A DNA stretch of 64,000 nucleotides from Candidatus Brocadiia bacterium (GTDB lineage: Bacteria > Planctomycetota > Brocadiia > CAIUPP01): positions 1 through 64,000 of the forward strand of contig JBEKCB010000019.1 of assembly GCA_050015075.1 (NCBI GenBank), read 5' to 3'. The notes under the pieces were generated by a model. That model had not been told where the DNA came from, did not search any database, and saw only the letters and a list, made by a program, of their open reading frames with translations. Below are positions 38,198 through 48,036 of this stretch, piece after piece. The first letter of the stretch is position 1; each line of letters begins with the position of its first letter. The position numbers and the translations under genes are program-made.

Positions 38198-38992
38198 TCA
38201 CGCGCCCAGCACGCGGACCGGAGTGCCCGGCCCGGCGCCCAGCGCCCTGGCCGCGTCGCCCTGCCGCACCGCGATCTCCAGCATCCCGAACGAGCCGATC
38301 ATCGCCAGCAGCTCTCCGGCCGCCGCATCGGAGTAGGTGCGGCGGATGCGCTCGATTCTCTTTCCCGCGATCTCGACGCGCACCGCGGGATCCAGGAACT
38401 GCTCGGACAGGAGCGCCAGGGGGATGTTCGTGGCGAGGTTCCCGAAGTGGTCCGCCCACAGGACCGCGCCGTCGAGCGACCCGTCGGCGTTGAAAGCGGG
38501 CCTCGGGAATTTCAGCGGTTCGAGCGCGGCGATCGCCGGGCCGAGTTCCGACAGCGGCGTTCCGCCCGCCAGGTGTGCGGCGACCGGGGCGAAGATGTCG
38601 CGGCCGTGAAAACTCGCGCTGACCTCGGGCAGGAAGAACCGCGGCTCCGTCACGGAGACGAGTTCGGCGCGGCCGCTCTCTTCTTCCACGACGGCCAATG
38701 TCCCGTTGTCGGGCGCGAGGAAGAGATGGCCGTCGGATTCCATCGCCACGATCCGCCGTTCGCCGCCGACGCTCGGGTCCACGACGGCGACGTGCACCGT
38801 TCCCTTCGGGAAATACGGATACGCCTGGCGCAGCCGGAACGCCGCCTGGAGGACGTCGAACGGCGGGATCGAATGTGTCAGGTCCGTCACGCGCGCGGAC
38901 GGGTTGATGCCGGCGATGACTCCTTTCATCACGCCGACGAACGCGTCGTCCAGCCCGAAGTCGGTCGTCAGCGTGATGATCCCGCTTCTCGT
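38198..38992 (-). CDS. SAM-dependent halogenase / SAM hydrolase (DUF62) family protein, apparent ACG start
   Basis: IITLTTDFG lies upstream of the called ORF start; DLTH, VAVVDPSVG, APDNG, SFHGRDIFAP, DHFGNL.TN, GMLEIAV. Confidence 0.88.
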   Translation of the reverse strand, partial: TRSGIITLTTDFGLDDAFVGVMKGVIAGINPSARVTDLTHSIPPFDVLQAAFRLRQAYPYFPKGTVHVAVVDPSVGGERRIVAMESDGHLFLAPDNGTLAVVEEESGRAELVSVTEPRFFLPEVSASFHGRDIFAPVAAHLAGGTPLSELGPAIAALEPLKFPRPAFNADGSLDGAVLWADHFGNLATNIPLALLSEQFLDPAVRVEIAGKRIERIRRTYSDAAAGELLAMIGSFGMLEIAVRQGDAARALGAGPGTPVRVLGA

Positions 38993-39024
38993 GGCGCCGC
39001 TCCTTCACTCGTATGAAATCTATT

Positions 39025-40518
39025 TCATGTCTCAATCCGCTCGATCCCGTTCCGGCTCAGCACCAGCGACGCCCTGAGGAGCGTCACGTTGCGGTCGCGG
39101 AACGAAGTCAGGCGGATCACCAGGTTCACAACGTAGACGCGCGCGGCTGCGATACCGACGACGCCGTCGCCGTTGCGGCGCAGCTTCAGCAGCCGCTTCT
39201 CCGGGTCATCCATCCGCTGGAGCCACCGGCTTACCTGAAGCCGCAGAATTTCGTCAATCGCGACCGAGCGCTCGTGGCTCCGGTAGATGCGCTGCGTCAT
39301 GATGCGCACCTTCTTCGCGTAATGGAGAACGACCTCCGTCGGCTCGGCGACCGCCTGCTCAAGCGGGTCGCGGTATTGCCGCGCCTTGAGGACGTCCTCC
39401 GGCAACCGGGCGCGGTCGAGCCAGTACAGGTTCTCGCGCGTGCGGCCGACTTCCATTCCGTACTGCGGGTCCGTCAATTTGATGCTGCGGTCGCTCGTCC
39501 ACATCGGCAGCAGGCGCGCGCTGAAATCCCGGAGGAAGTCCTTGATGCGATCCTTGAACGCATACGCGCCGATCGCCACGAGCGCGAAGATCAGACTGTT
39601 CGTCGGGTAGAACCGGCCGACCAGCCACGCGGCGACGACGGTGAACGCCATAGCGATGGCCGCCGCGATCGCGTAGAGCGCCTGCCGCGCGCGGCCGACG
39701 GTGGGCAGTTTCTCCTCGGACAGGTAGAGCACGCTGGCGCACAACTTCTTCAGCAGCTCGACGCGGTTGAGGAAGCGCTCGTTCCGCCGCGCGTCGCGCG
39801 AGACAACCGTCGGATAGCCGCGCGCGCGCCGATGGGCGGTCTCGCCCGAGACCGTCACTGAGAGCCGCTGCCACACCGCCTGCACGTCCAGGTCGGCCGC
39901 CTGTTTCCGGAGAAACTTCATGAGCCGCAGAAGCAGTTTCTCCGCCTCGTTGCTCATCTGCTCATCCACCGCCTCATAGAGGTTGCGCATCTCCGGCGGC
40001 GCGGACGGGCTCTCGAAAGCGCCACGCAGGTCCCGGAACCGGCGCAGCGTCGTCGTCAGTCCTTCGAGCAGATGGTCAATGGCAGCCTCGACCGTGCGCC
40101 GGCGGTCGGGCGACGCACGTTCGCGCACGCGCTGCCGGATTGCCGCGGCGCTTTCCCGGACCTGGACCCTGACGACGTTCGCGAGCACCCGCAGCTCATA
40201 CCGCAGGTGCATCGGGTCCCACTGTCCGGATTGTCGGGAGGATTCGAGCTGGCGCTGCACGCGTGTCAGCGGGCTCAGCGCGTTCTGCGCGTCGTTGATC
40301 TCCTCGAAGGAAAGCTCCGGCGTTTTGAAACGCGTGTAGGAGCTTAAGTCTTCGAAGAACGCGTCCAGCGAGCAGGTGTCGGCATTCACGCCGAGCTGAT
40401 ACGGGAGGAAAATGAACATGTCCAGCGCATACCGGTCCGCGACCGCCTGGCGCTGGAGCGGATAGGCTACCTTCACCTCGAACTGATGGTCGTCATGCTT
40501 GCGGATCAGGCATTCCAA
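39025..40518 (-). CDS. Hypothetical membrane protein (two central TMs)
   Basis: 497-aa ORF with GC-rich third positions; TM pair ALYAIAAAIAMAF / LIFALVAIGAYAFKDRIKD. Confidence 0.75.
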   Translation of the reverse strand: MECLIRKHDDHQFEVKVAYPLQRQAVADRYALDMFIFLPYQLGVNADTCSLDAFFEDLSSYTRFKTPELSFEEINDAQNALSPLTRVQRQLESSRQSGQWDPMHLRYELRVLANVVRVQVRESAAAIRQRVRERASPDRRRTVEAAIDHLLEGLTTTLRRFRDLRGAFESPSAPPEMRNLYEAVDEQMSNEAEKLLLRLMKFLRKQAADLDVQAVWQRLSVTVSGETAHRRARGYPTVVSRDARRNERFLNRVELLKKLCASVLYLSEEKLPTVGRARQALYAIAAAIAMAFTVVAAWLVGRFYPTNSLIFALVAIGAYAFKDRIKDFLRDFSARLLPMWTSDRSIKLTDPQYGMEVGRTRENLYWLDRARLPEDVLKARQYRDPLEQAVAEPTEVVLHYAKKVRIMTQRIYRSHERSVAIDEILRLQVSRWLQRMDDPEKRLLKLRRNGDGVVGIAAARVYVVNLVIRLTSFRDRNVTLLRASLVLSRNGIERIET

Positions 40519-40569
40519 CGTCAGTCTCCGAGGTCAGGCCCGCTTTCAGGTCCGGTTTCGCGACGGACG

Positions 40570-42150
40570 CTACGGCAGCTTGCTCAGGACGTAAGGCGTC
40601 ACGGCGGCGTAGAAATCCGCCAGGACGCGCGGGCCGCGGTCAGGCTCATTCAGGTCGGCGTCGGTCTCGGCGCGAATCAGCACGTCGGCGGCCCAGGGAT
40701 CCTTGACCCTGCGTAACGCGACGCCGATCTGATGCCCCCAGTAACTCGTGCTGAGATGATCGCCGCTCTTGTAGAAATGCCAGGAGAGCCGCTGGCCCTG
40801 GCTGCGGGAAAGCTGGAGTTCGCGGACGGACACCGGCCGCAACCCGACGTTCACGTCGCGGTCGGTGGCGCCGACGATGGTGTAACCTTCGCCGGAGAGG
40901 CATTGCTCTGGCGGATGCGTCCGCGACGGCGTTTGCTGCGCCAGGACGATGAGGAAGGACACCTGGTCGCCCTTGGAGTTGACGTAGGAGCGGGCCAGGA
41001 CGTTCCGCGTACCGAGGATTTCGTAGGAGCGTTTGTCGAGCGGCTGGTCCGAGCCGGTCCAGTCTCCGACGGACCTCGGGATGCCGTTGAGGATGTCCGA
41101 AGCCGGGGTCACATGGCGCTGCCAGCCGACATAGATGGAAAGTGCGGCGACGACGGCCATGGCGCACAGGACTCCGGCGCCGAGGCTCCGCGCGTTATAC
41201 GGCGGCTGCGGCGCGCGCGGCGGTGCGGCGGGCGGTTTTTCAGATTCAGCCGCCGAGGCGTCTTCTTCTTTTCGAGGCCGAAGCGAAGGCGGCTTCGTCA
41301 GCATGAGTGACTCGACCGCGAAGAGGCAGATGAACGCGACGACGAAGAGGACGAAGCCGAACAGGTCGTGGAAGTACCATTTCTCGACCTCGACGACTCC
41401 CCACTGATAGCCGACGATCACCATCAGCGTCACGCGCCCGACGTTGGCGAGGAACGAGATCGGGATGGAGAGCAGAAACAGGACCCACTTCTGCCAGGTC
41501 CTGGCCGACGAGAGGTGTGCGTAGAGGGCGGCGAACGCCATGAGCGCGATCAGGTATTTCAAGCCGCTGCACACGTCGTCCACCACCAGCGTTCCGTGCG
41601 GAATCCGGATAAAGCTGCCTTCGCGCACCGCCACGAGGCCGAAAAGGTCCGCGACGCCCGTGGCCACGCCGGCCGAGAGGAGCTTCATCCGGAAGCTGAT
41701 CGTGTCAATGACCAACTCGGGTATCGGCACCATGAAGGCGAGGAATGCGATGGGGAAGAGCGTCAGCCGCAGGAACTGCGGTCCCAGCAGCGTCAGGACC
41801 AGCCCCGCGATGACGCCGAGCAACGCCAGGCCCGACAGAAACCCGACCTGCAGCAGCGTGGCCACGAGTTGCGTCAGGAGCGCGGGCACGAGCAGGAACA
41901 GCCCGGGCAGGTATGCGCATCTCGGACAGGCGGCCAGGGCTTCGCGCTTTCGCCAGAGAAGAAAGCCGATGACGAACGGCACGAGCCAACCGTGGCTGTA
42001 GTATCCCCCTTCGTGATTGAAGCGGAGGATCATCCAGTGGCCGGTCCACCAGAACATGGCGGCCAGGAGGGCCAGCAGAATGACGCCGGCGATGACCGGG
42101 ACGTTCGTGCGCGGCGCGGCCAGGTCGTTCTCGTTTGCGGGGTGATTCAA
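40570..42150 (-). CDS. Exosortase (EpsH family) fused to an EpsI domain
   Basis: YSHGWLVP, about 8 TMs, triad motifs VCSGL, NVGRV, FHDLFG; EpsI HPPEQCL. TTG 42150 after GGGAGG preferred. Confidence 0.92.
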   Translation of the reverse strand: MNHPANENDLAAPRTNVPVIAGVILLALLAAMFWWTGHWMILRFNHEGGYYSHGWLVPFVIGFLLWRKREALAACPRCAYLPGLFLLVPALLTQLVATLLQVGFLSGLALLGVIAGLVLTLLGPQFLRLTLFPIAFLAFMVPIPELVIDTISFRMKLLSAGVATGVADLFGLVAVREGSFIRIPHGTLVVDDVCSGLKYLIALMAFAALYAHLSSARTWQKWVLFLLSIPISFLANVGRVTLMVIVGYQWGVVEVEKWYFHDLFGFVLFVVAFICLFAVESLMLTKPPSLRPRKEEDASAAESEKPPAAPPRAPQPPYNARSLGAGVLCAMAVVAALSIYVGWQRHVTPASDILNGIPRSVGDWTGSDQPLDKRSYEILGTRNVLARSYVNSKGDQVSFLIVLAQQTPSRTHPPEQCLSGEGYTIVGATDRDVNVGLRPVSVRELQLSRSQGQRLSWHFYKSGDHLSTSYWGHQIGVALRRVKDPWAADVLIRAETDADLNEPDRGPRVLADFYAAVTPYVLSKLP

Positions 42151-42172
42151 CCGAAATCCTCCCGAATGGCTA

Positions 42173-43336
42173 TCATCGCGCACAGGGCGGCGGGCCGATT
42201 TCCAAGTCGCGGTATTCGCCCGGGTGTCCGGCCAGGCCGCGTTCGGCCGCGCGAATCGCGTTGTACATCTCCCGCGCCGTCACGTAATGGAGCCGATAGC
42301 GGTGGCCGTCATTGTAATGCTCGCACAAGCGGGTATGCAAATCCGCCATCGGTCCGCCGAAGAAAAACTCCAGGTTCCGTTCGATGCAGCCATGCGTGTA
42401 GAGCTTGACGAAGAGCCAGTCGGGCCGGCCGGCGACGCAGACGCGCGCGCGAAGCCATGCGCCGATGCGCTCCGCCGGGACGGGCGCGCGGTTATCCAAG
42501 TTCCCGTTTTCCACCCGCGGCAAAACCCCGCCGGAGCGGCGCAGGACGGCCAGCGGCCCCTGGACGATCAGGAGGTCGCCGGAGGGCGAGCCGCCGGAGC
42601 GGACCTCGACGCCGTCGTCGTGCGAGCGCGGGCGGTCGGGGTCGTCCTTCGCATAGTAGATGGAGTTGATGCGCCGGATCTGCGCCGGCGAGGGGGCCGA
42701 AGGCAGCGTGAAGTCGGCGTAGCAGCCGCACTCGGCCAGCACGCGCAGTTCGTCGTTCACCCCGCACCAGCTTCCGTCGGGCAGGGAGTTATCGAGCGCC
42801 CAGTTGCCGTGCACAAAGCCGAACCTCGGCCGGCCGTCCTGCGCGGCGCCGAGATGGCCGTGGCTGCGGAGCTGTTCGACGAACTTGAGGAGCGCACCGC
42901 GCAGCCCGGCGGAGGTGTCCCGGTCGTGATGCAGATGCACCTCAACCTCGCCGTGCCCGGCGCGGACGAGTTCGCCGAGGCGCTCGACGTGCGCGGCGTC
43001 GTACTGCTCCGCCGGATAGAAGAACGTGTGGCGCGGCGAGCGGCCGTCGGCGTCCTTGAAGCGCGAGAAGGTTTTCGGATACCGCTCCACCCACTGAGCG
43101 ACGCGCGCGCGCTCCGTCGCGGCGCCCGGGTTGCCCACGGCCGGCTCATAATGGTCGGCGATGCAGAAGAGAATGTGCGTCGGCCCCGCCGCGGACGACG
43201 AACGCGCCTCGCGCTTGCCCGCCCAGTTGCCCCGCAAATATCCCGGCAGCCAGATGAAGACGTTCGCCTTGCGGCACTTGTAAAGAATCCACAGGCCGAA
43301 AGCTGCGACGGGGATGACCGCCAGGAAAGGCATCAT
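42173..43336 (-). CDS. Conserved EPS-locus protein, NodB/GH57-like barrel
   Basis: N-terminal TM; ADHYEP, HTFFYP, EVHLHH, FVHGNWALDN, KLYTHG, YVTAREM. Confidence 0.7.
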   Translation of the reverse strand: MMPFLAVIPVAAFGLWILYKCRKANVFIWLPGYLRGNWAGKREARSSSAAGPTHILFCIADHYEPAVGNPGAATERARVAQWVERYPKTFSRFKDADGRSPRHTFFYPAEQYDAAHVERLGELVRAGHGEVEVHLHHDRDTSAGLRGALLKFVEQLRSHGHLGAAQDGRPRFGFVHGNWALDNSLPDGSWCGVNDELRVLAECGCYADFTLPSAPSPAQIRRINSIYYAKDDPDRPRSHDDGVEVRSGGSPSGDLLIVQGPLAVLRRSGGVLPRVENGNLDNRAPVPAERIGAWLRARVCVAGRPDWLFVKLYTHGCIERNLEFFFGGPMADLHTRLCEHYNDGHRYRLHYVTAREMYNAIRAAERGLAGHPGEYRDLEIGPPPCAR

Positions 43337-44538
43337 GGTCTTTGCGCGCTCCCGGCGACCTCGCGGGAGGTGCGTTCCCACGCGGCGCGCTGCCGGCCGA
43401 GCATGCCGCGCGCCAGGCCGAGCGCCAGGGCGAGGTTGATGGCGACGAAGTAGTGCGCGAGCCGCAACGGTCCGGCCGGGAGACGCATCCGGCGCAGGGC
43501 GTAACCGGCGGCCGCCGCGGCGTAAAAGGCCAATTGGAGCCCGAAGATCACCCGCCAGAACGGCGATCGGAGCAGGCACGCGTTCGCCGCAAATCCGGCG
43601 ACCAGCATGAACGGAGCGAACCAGCGCAGGACCTTGTGCGACCAGAACGCGAGCGAGACGAATCCCTTCCACGGCAGCAGCAGGTCGCGGCAGTACCAGA
43701 GCGCCTGCCAGTTGCCCGCTCCGATGCGCACGCGGCGCCGGAACTCATCCTCGACGCCGGCCGGGGCAGTCTCCAGTGCCACCGCTTCCGGATCGTAAAG
43801 GACGCGGAAGCCGCGCGAGCGGACTTTCATCGGGATGATGAAGTCCTCGGTGATCAGCCGAGCCGTCATCGCCGGAAAAAGCTCGCGGCGCATCGCGTAG
43901 ATCGCGCCGTTCGCCCCGAGCACGGAATCGAGCCGGCTTTCGAGGATCTTCAGGACCAGTTCGTATCGCCAGTACGCGCCCTCGTCGGCGGAGGCGCCGT
44001 CCGGATGGACCAGGCGCAGCTCGCCGCAGACGGCGCCGACTTTCGGGTTGTCGAAGTGCCGCACGAGGCTGCGGACGGACTCGGGCTCCAGCAGCGTGTT
44101 CGCGTCGGAGAAGACGAGGATGTCGCCGCGCGCCTGCGCGACGCAGTCGCGGACGACCGCGAGCTTGCCGCGGCGCTCGTCGAAGCGCAGCAACCGGACG
44201 CCCTGGCCCTCGAACCGGCGGACGATCGCATCGGTGCCGTCGCTGGAGCCGTCGGAGCCGACGAGGATCTCGAGGCTCTCTCGCGGATAGTCCACCGCGA
44301 GGCAGTTCTGCAGCGTGCGCTCGATCACTTTCTCTTCGTTGTAGGCGGCGAGGAGGAGGCTGACGCGCGGCAACCGCTCGCTGCGGCGCCGGCGTTCGGA
44401 GCGGGAGACGAGGTAAAACGCGTCGCGCCCCATCTGGACGACGGAGGCGAGCAGAAAGAGCAGGAGCGGATAGCCGAGGTAGGAATAGAGCGGCAGGCCG
44501 ATCCCGAGAATCGCGATCCCCAGGGCCGCGTCACTCAT
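43333..44538 (-). CDS. Family 2 glycosyltransferase (PgaC/IcaA-like)
   Basis: AAYNEE, SDGSSDGT, GK, FSDAN, GAIYAMR, EDF, RRVRI; flanking TMs. Confidence 0.9.
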   Translation of the reverse strand: MSDAALGIAILGIGLPLYSYLGYPLLLFLLASVVQMGRDAFYLVSRSERRRRSERLPRVSLLLAAYNEEKVIERTLQNCLAVDYPRESLEILVGSDGSSDGTDAIVRRFEGQGVRLLRFDERRGKLAVVRDCVAQARGDILVFSDANTLLEPESVRSLVRHFDNPKVGAVCGELRLVHPDGASADEGAYWRYELVLKILESRLDSVLGANGAIYAMRRELFPAMTARLITEDFIIPMKVRSRGFRVLYDPEAVALETAPAGVEDEFRRRVRIGAGNWQALWYCRDLLLPWKGFVSLAFWSHKVLRWFAPFMLVAGFAANACLLRSPFWRVIFGLQLAFYAAAAAGYALRRMRLPAGPLRLAHYFVAINLALALGLARGMLGRQRAAWERTSREVAGSAQRP

Positions 44539-45494
44539 TACTCGGTCTCGCTGCGGTTCACCTGCTTTACGGCGACGGTCTTCGCCTGCGGCACGACGGC
44601 ATCCTTGGCGCGCGGCTCGCGACCGTACCGGTAGTAGTGCGCCGGCGTGGTGCCGAGGAACCGGTAGATGGCGTCCGGGACGTGGTGTTTCTGATGCGTC
44701 AGCACGCATCCGATCAACTTCGCGCCGGCGTCGGTCAGGTCGTCGGCGGTGCGTTTGACGACCTCGCGCCGGGTCTTCTCCAGGCGCGCGACGAGGATAA
44801 CGCCATCGCTGTGCTTCGCGAAGGTGGCGGCCGGGCTGCCCGCCAGGACCGGCGGCGTGTCAATGATCACGTAGGCGTAATGCTTCCGCAGGAGCGCCAG
44901 CAACTGCGCGCAGCGTTGGTGCAACGGACCTTCGAAGCCCGCGTCCGGGCCGATTCCGAACGAAGGCAGAATGTCCACGTTGGGGATGGCCGTCTCGTAA
45001 ATGTGGCCGTCGAGCTTGAGTCCATCCTGGAGGACGGCGCGCAGGCCGGCCTGGACGCGGACGTTCATCGTCAGATGGAGAGAGGGCTGGACGATGTCGC
45101 CGTCCACAATGATGATGCGCCCGGACTCCACTTCGCCGAGGGCTGCGGCCAGGTTCGCGCAGACGGTGGTCTTGCCTTCTTCCCGGCCGGCGGAGGTGAC
45201 CGTGATGACGCGGGGCGACGCGCCGTTGTTGAGCGCGACGATGTTCGCGCGCAGACTGCGCATCTGCGAGGCGAACTGCCCGACGCGGTCATGGAACAGC
45301 AGGACCGACGCCGTCGGCGGCCCCCAATGGTCTTTGACCCGCTGGAACGCGGCGGCGCGGGCGGCTTGGGCCGCAGGCGCCTCGGTGCCCGACGCACGCG
45401 TCGGCGCCGGAACCGGCGCGGCGGCGGAAGGGACCGGGCTGACCGCGCCCGCCGACTTGGCCATCGCGCGCGAGAATTTGCCTTCTTCAGTCAT
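44538..45494 (-). CDS. CpsD/CapB-family BY tyrosine kinase
   Basis: TSAGREEGKTT, IVDGD, IIDTPP, C-terminal Tyr cluster HYYRY. Confidence 0.88.
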   Translation of the reverse strand: MTEEGKFSRAMAKSAGAVSPVPSAAAPVPAPTRASGTEAPAAQAARAAAFQRVKDHWGPPTASVLLFHDRVGQFASQMRSLRANIVALNNGASPRVITVTSAGREEGKTTVCANLAAALGEVESGRIIIVDGDIVQPSLHLTMNVRVQAGLRAVLQDGLKLDGHIYETAIPNVDILPSFGIGPDAGFEGPLHQRCAQLLALLRKHYAYVIIDTPPVLAGSPAATFAKHSDGVILVARLEKTRREVVKRTADDLTDAGAKLIGCVLTHQKHHVPDAIYRFLGTTPAHYYRYGREPRAKDAVVPQAKTVAVKQVNRSETE

Positions 45495-45532
45495 GCGGCA
45501 AAGACCTCCTGTTCGAGGTTGCGGAATCGGTT

Positions 45533-47128
45533 CTAATGCAGCAACTGCTTCGCGTAGACTAACACTGCGCCCAGTTTGCCCGGCACAAATCCCTCGACCA
45601 GCGTTGCGGTCAGCACGGCCGTCAGGAGCATCGCGGCGGCGATATAGAGTATCAGCCGCCTGCGCGCCTTCGCGGGATCGTGCAGCGCGGGCGCCGAGAT
45701 TTCCGTCAGGGTCGCGAGCACGGGCACGCCCAGCGACTCGGCGGCGTCATCCGGTCCGCGCAGAGAATGATCCACGAATTCGAGGAGAAACGTCAGGACG
45801 AAGCCCGCGGCCGCGGCGCCGCCGACGCAGGCGATGGCGAGCGGCAAACGGTAGCCGTGGTAGGGCTCCGCCGGCTCGAGCGCGCGGGCGATGATCTCCA
45901 CCTGCGTGCCGTTCGGCTCGCTCTGCACTCGGCTGCGGTTCTGGAGCGCGAGCAGGCTCTTGTGATATTCCTCGTAGGCTTGTTTGGCTTCGTCGTGCTG
46001 GCGCTGAATGTCGGCGTACTGCTTCTCCTCGTCCACCACCTTACGGATTGAGGCCTCGTTCGCCATGATCTGCGCATGGGTCTCGCGAAGCGAGGCCTCA
46101 TCGGCCTTGACTTCCTGTTCCGCCGTACTCCGGGACTGGATGAGCGTCTGATACAGCGGATTGATGGTCTCGTGGATGCTGCCGGGCACCCGTTCGGGGG
46201 CGTCTTTCAGTTGGGCCTCAAGCGTGGCGATCTCTTCCCGGAGGGCCTTGACCAGAGGGTGGTCCTCGGTGTAGTTGACCAGCATCTCGGTGAGCCGTTT
46301 CTGGCGCGCCATGAGCTGGTTGTTCAGGTCTTCCCGCGCGGGATTTTCCATGGTCTGGACGTCGCTCTTGACCGTTTTCTCCGCTTCCTTGATCTGCCGG
46401 TCTATTTCGGTGAGGCGGTTTTGAGCGGCGCTCAGCAGAAGCAGATGTTCGCTCTCGGTGGTGCGCAGCGTCTGAAGACTGGCCAGGATGCCGCGTTTGA
46501 CCTCGGGCAGTTCGGTCCAATGCTCGCGAGTGTATTTATCGAGTTCGATATTCATCTTCCGGATGATGCCGAGATTGTCGTCGCACTGCGCCTTGAAGTA
46601 ATCAATGGCTTGCAGGGTGTCATCGCGGGAGTTCCGCTGGCTTTCCTCAACGTAGTTGTCGGCAATCGCGTTGGCGATCTTTTGCGAGGAGGATGCATCT
46701 TTGTCCATCACGGCGATTTCGATCAGGTCCACGCCGCGCCCTTGCGCGGCCGTTTTGATCGTGATGGAAGTCTTGAGTTTCTCGTATTCCTCCTGCCAGT
46801 CGGCGGAGGTCTTGAGGTCCACGTCCAGCTTCAACTGTTTGATCACCCGGTCGAGGTTGGTCCAGGTGAGGATCTCGGCCCGCATGGTCTCGACGGGGAC
46901 AGGACCGTTGTCGCGGATCATCATGCTCCCCGCGGCGGCGTTGGTGAGGGCCAGGTCTTTTCTTTTCACGAGCGCGGTGGCGCGGTACTTTTCGGGGACG
47001 ACCTTCCAAACCGGGAGGATCAGGAAAAGGCTGCAGACGATCGGCACCACGATCGCATACTTCCGGCGGAAGAGCAGCCGCAGGTAATCGCGGACGGTAC
47101 CGGGCACTGGAGTGTTCACGTCTTTCAC
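45533..47128 (-). CDS. Polysaccharide chain-length determinant (Wzz/Wzc N-terminal type)
   Basis: DYLRLLFRRK + TM, IANAIADNY, YTEDHPLV, coiled coils, C-terminal TM, LGVPVLA. Confidence 0.88.
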   Translation of the reverse strand: MKDVNTPVPGTVRDYLRLLFRRKYAIVVPIVCSLFLILPVWKVVPEKYRATALVKRKDLALTNAAAGSMMIRDNGPVPVETMRAEILTWTNLDRVIKQLKLDVDLKTSADWQEEYEKLKTSITIKTAAQGRGVDLIEIAVMDKDASSSQKIANAIADNYVEESQRNSRDDTLQAIDYFKAQCDDNLGIIRKMNIELDKYTREHWTELPEVKRGILASLQTLRTTESEHLLLLSAAQNRLTEIDRQIKEAEKTVKSDVQTMENPAREDLNNQLMARQKRLTEMLVNYTEDHPLVKALREEIATLEAQLKDAPERVPGSIHETINPLYQTLIQSRSTAEQEVKADEASLRETHAQIMANEASIRKVVDEEKQYADIQRQHDEAKQAYEEYHKSLLALQNRSRVQSEPNGTQVEIIARALEPAEPYHGYRLPLAIACVGGAAAAGFVLTFLLEFVDHSLRGPDDAAESLGVPVLATLTEISAPALHDPAKARRRLILYIAAAMLLTAVLTATLVEGFVPGKLGAVLVYAKQLLH

Positions 47129-47144
47129 CTCCGGAAAACGGTTT

Positions 47145-47999
47145 TCAATGGACGCGCTCGCCGGCGCTGCGCATCTGGGCCGGCGCGTCCATATAATACC
47201 CTTCGATCTCGGACAGGACGCGCTTTACGGTATCGAGCCGCACGACTGTGTCGTCACCGATGTAAGCCTGCAGGAGCGCCTGATCGCAGATGACGTTGAC
47301 CATGCGCGGGATTCCGCCGGCGGCCTTGAAGATTTCCTCCTGGGCGTCCATCTCGAACAGCGCGCCGTTCGAGTGGCCGGCCACGGCCAGGCGGTGCGCG
47401 ATGTACGCGCCCATGTCCGCCGCGGAGAGCGCCCCGAGGTGAAACTTGACGGTGATGCGCTGGTTCAACTGCCGCAGCTCCGGCGTGGCGATCAATCGCC
47501 GCAGTTCCGGCTGGCCGATCAGGACGATCTGGAGCAGCTTCACGGAGCTGGTTTCCAGGTTCCCCAGCAGCCGCACTTCTTCGAGCACGTTCCTGGACAG
47601 ATTCTGGGCCTCGTCCACGATCAGGACCGTGTTGCGCCCTTCCTCGTAGTGCTGCTCCAGGAAGCCCTTGATCGCATGAATCAGCTCGATCTTCGACCGC
47701 TTCGCCCCCTGGATGTGGAATTCCTCACAGGTCGCCTGAAAGAACTGCTTGGGCGACAGGGAGCTATGGACGATCACGGCCTTATCCACCCGGTCGCCGA
47801 GTTTCTCCAGCGCCGCGCGGCAGAGCATGCTCTTGCCGGCGCCGACCTCGCCGGTGATCAGGGCGAAGCCTTTGCGCTGCTCGACCGCGTAGATCAGGCA
47901 GGCCAGCGCTTCGCGGTGCTTCGCGCTCGGATAATAAAAGCGCGGATCCGGCGTCGTGCTGAACGGAAACATCGTCAGCCCAAAATGCTCTAAGTACAC
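47145..47999 (-). CDS. ExeA/GspA-like AAA ATPase (exosortase-locus type)
   Basis: YLEHFGL..FPFSTTPDP, GEVGAGKS, IVDEAQ, LIGQPEL, GIPRMVN; GTG 47999. Confidence 0.9.
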   Translation of the reverse strand: MYLEHFGLTMFPFSTTPDPRFYYPSAKHREALACLIYAVEQRKGFALITGEVGAGKSMLCRAALEKLGDRVDKAVIVHSSLSPKQFFQATCEEFHIQGAKRSKIELIHAIKGFLEQHYEEGRNTVLIVDEAQNLSRNVLEEVRLLGNLETSSVKLLQIVLIGQPELRRLIATPELRQLNQRITVKFHLGALSAADMGAYIAHRLAVAGHSNGALFEMDAQEEIFKAAGGIPRMVNVICDQALLQAYIGDDTVVRLDTVKRVLSEIEGYYMDAPAQMRSAGERVH

Positions 48000-48036
48000 A
48001 GCTTCGTCGGCTCCAATGAACCCAGGCGCCCTGCTG

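Noticed and set aside
38169-39035. 288-aa ORF as the real gene at the DUF62 locus
   Set aside because: Arg-rich alternative frame; all family motifs are in the 38198-38992 frame.
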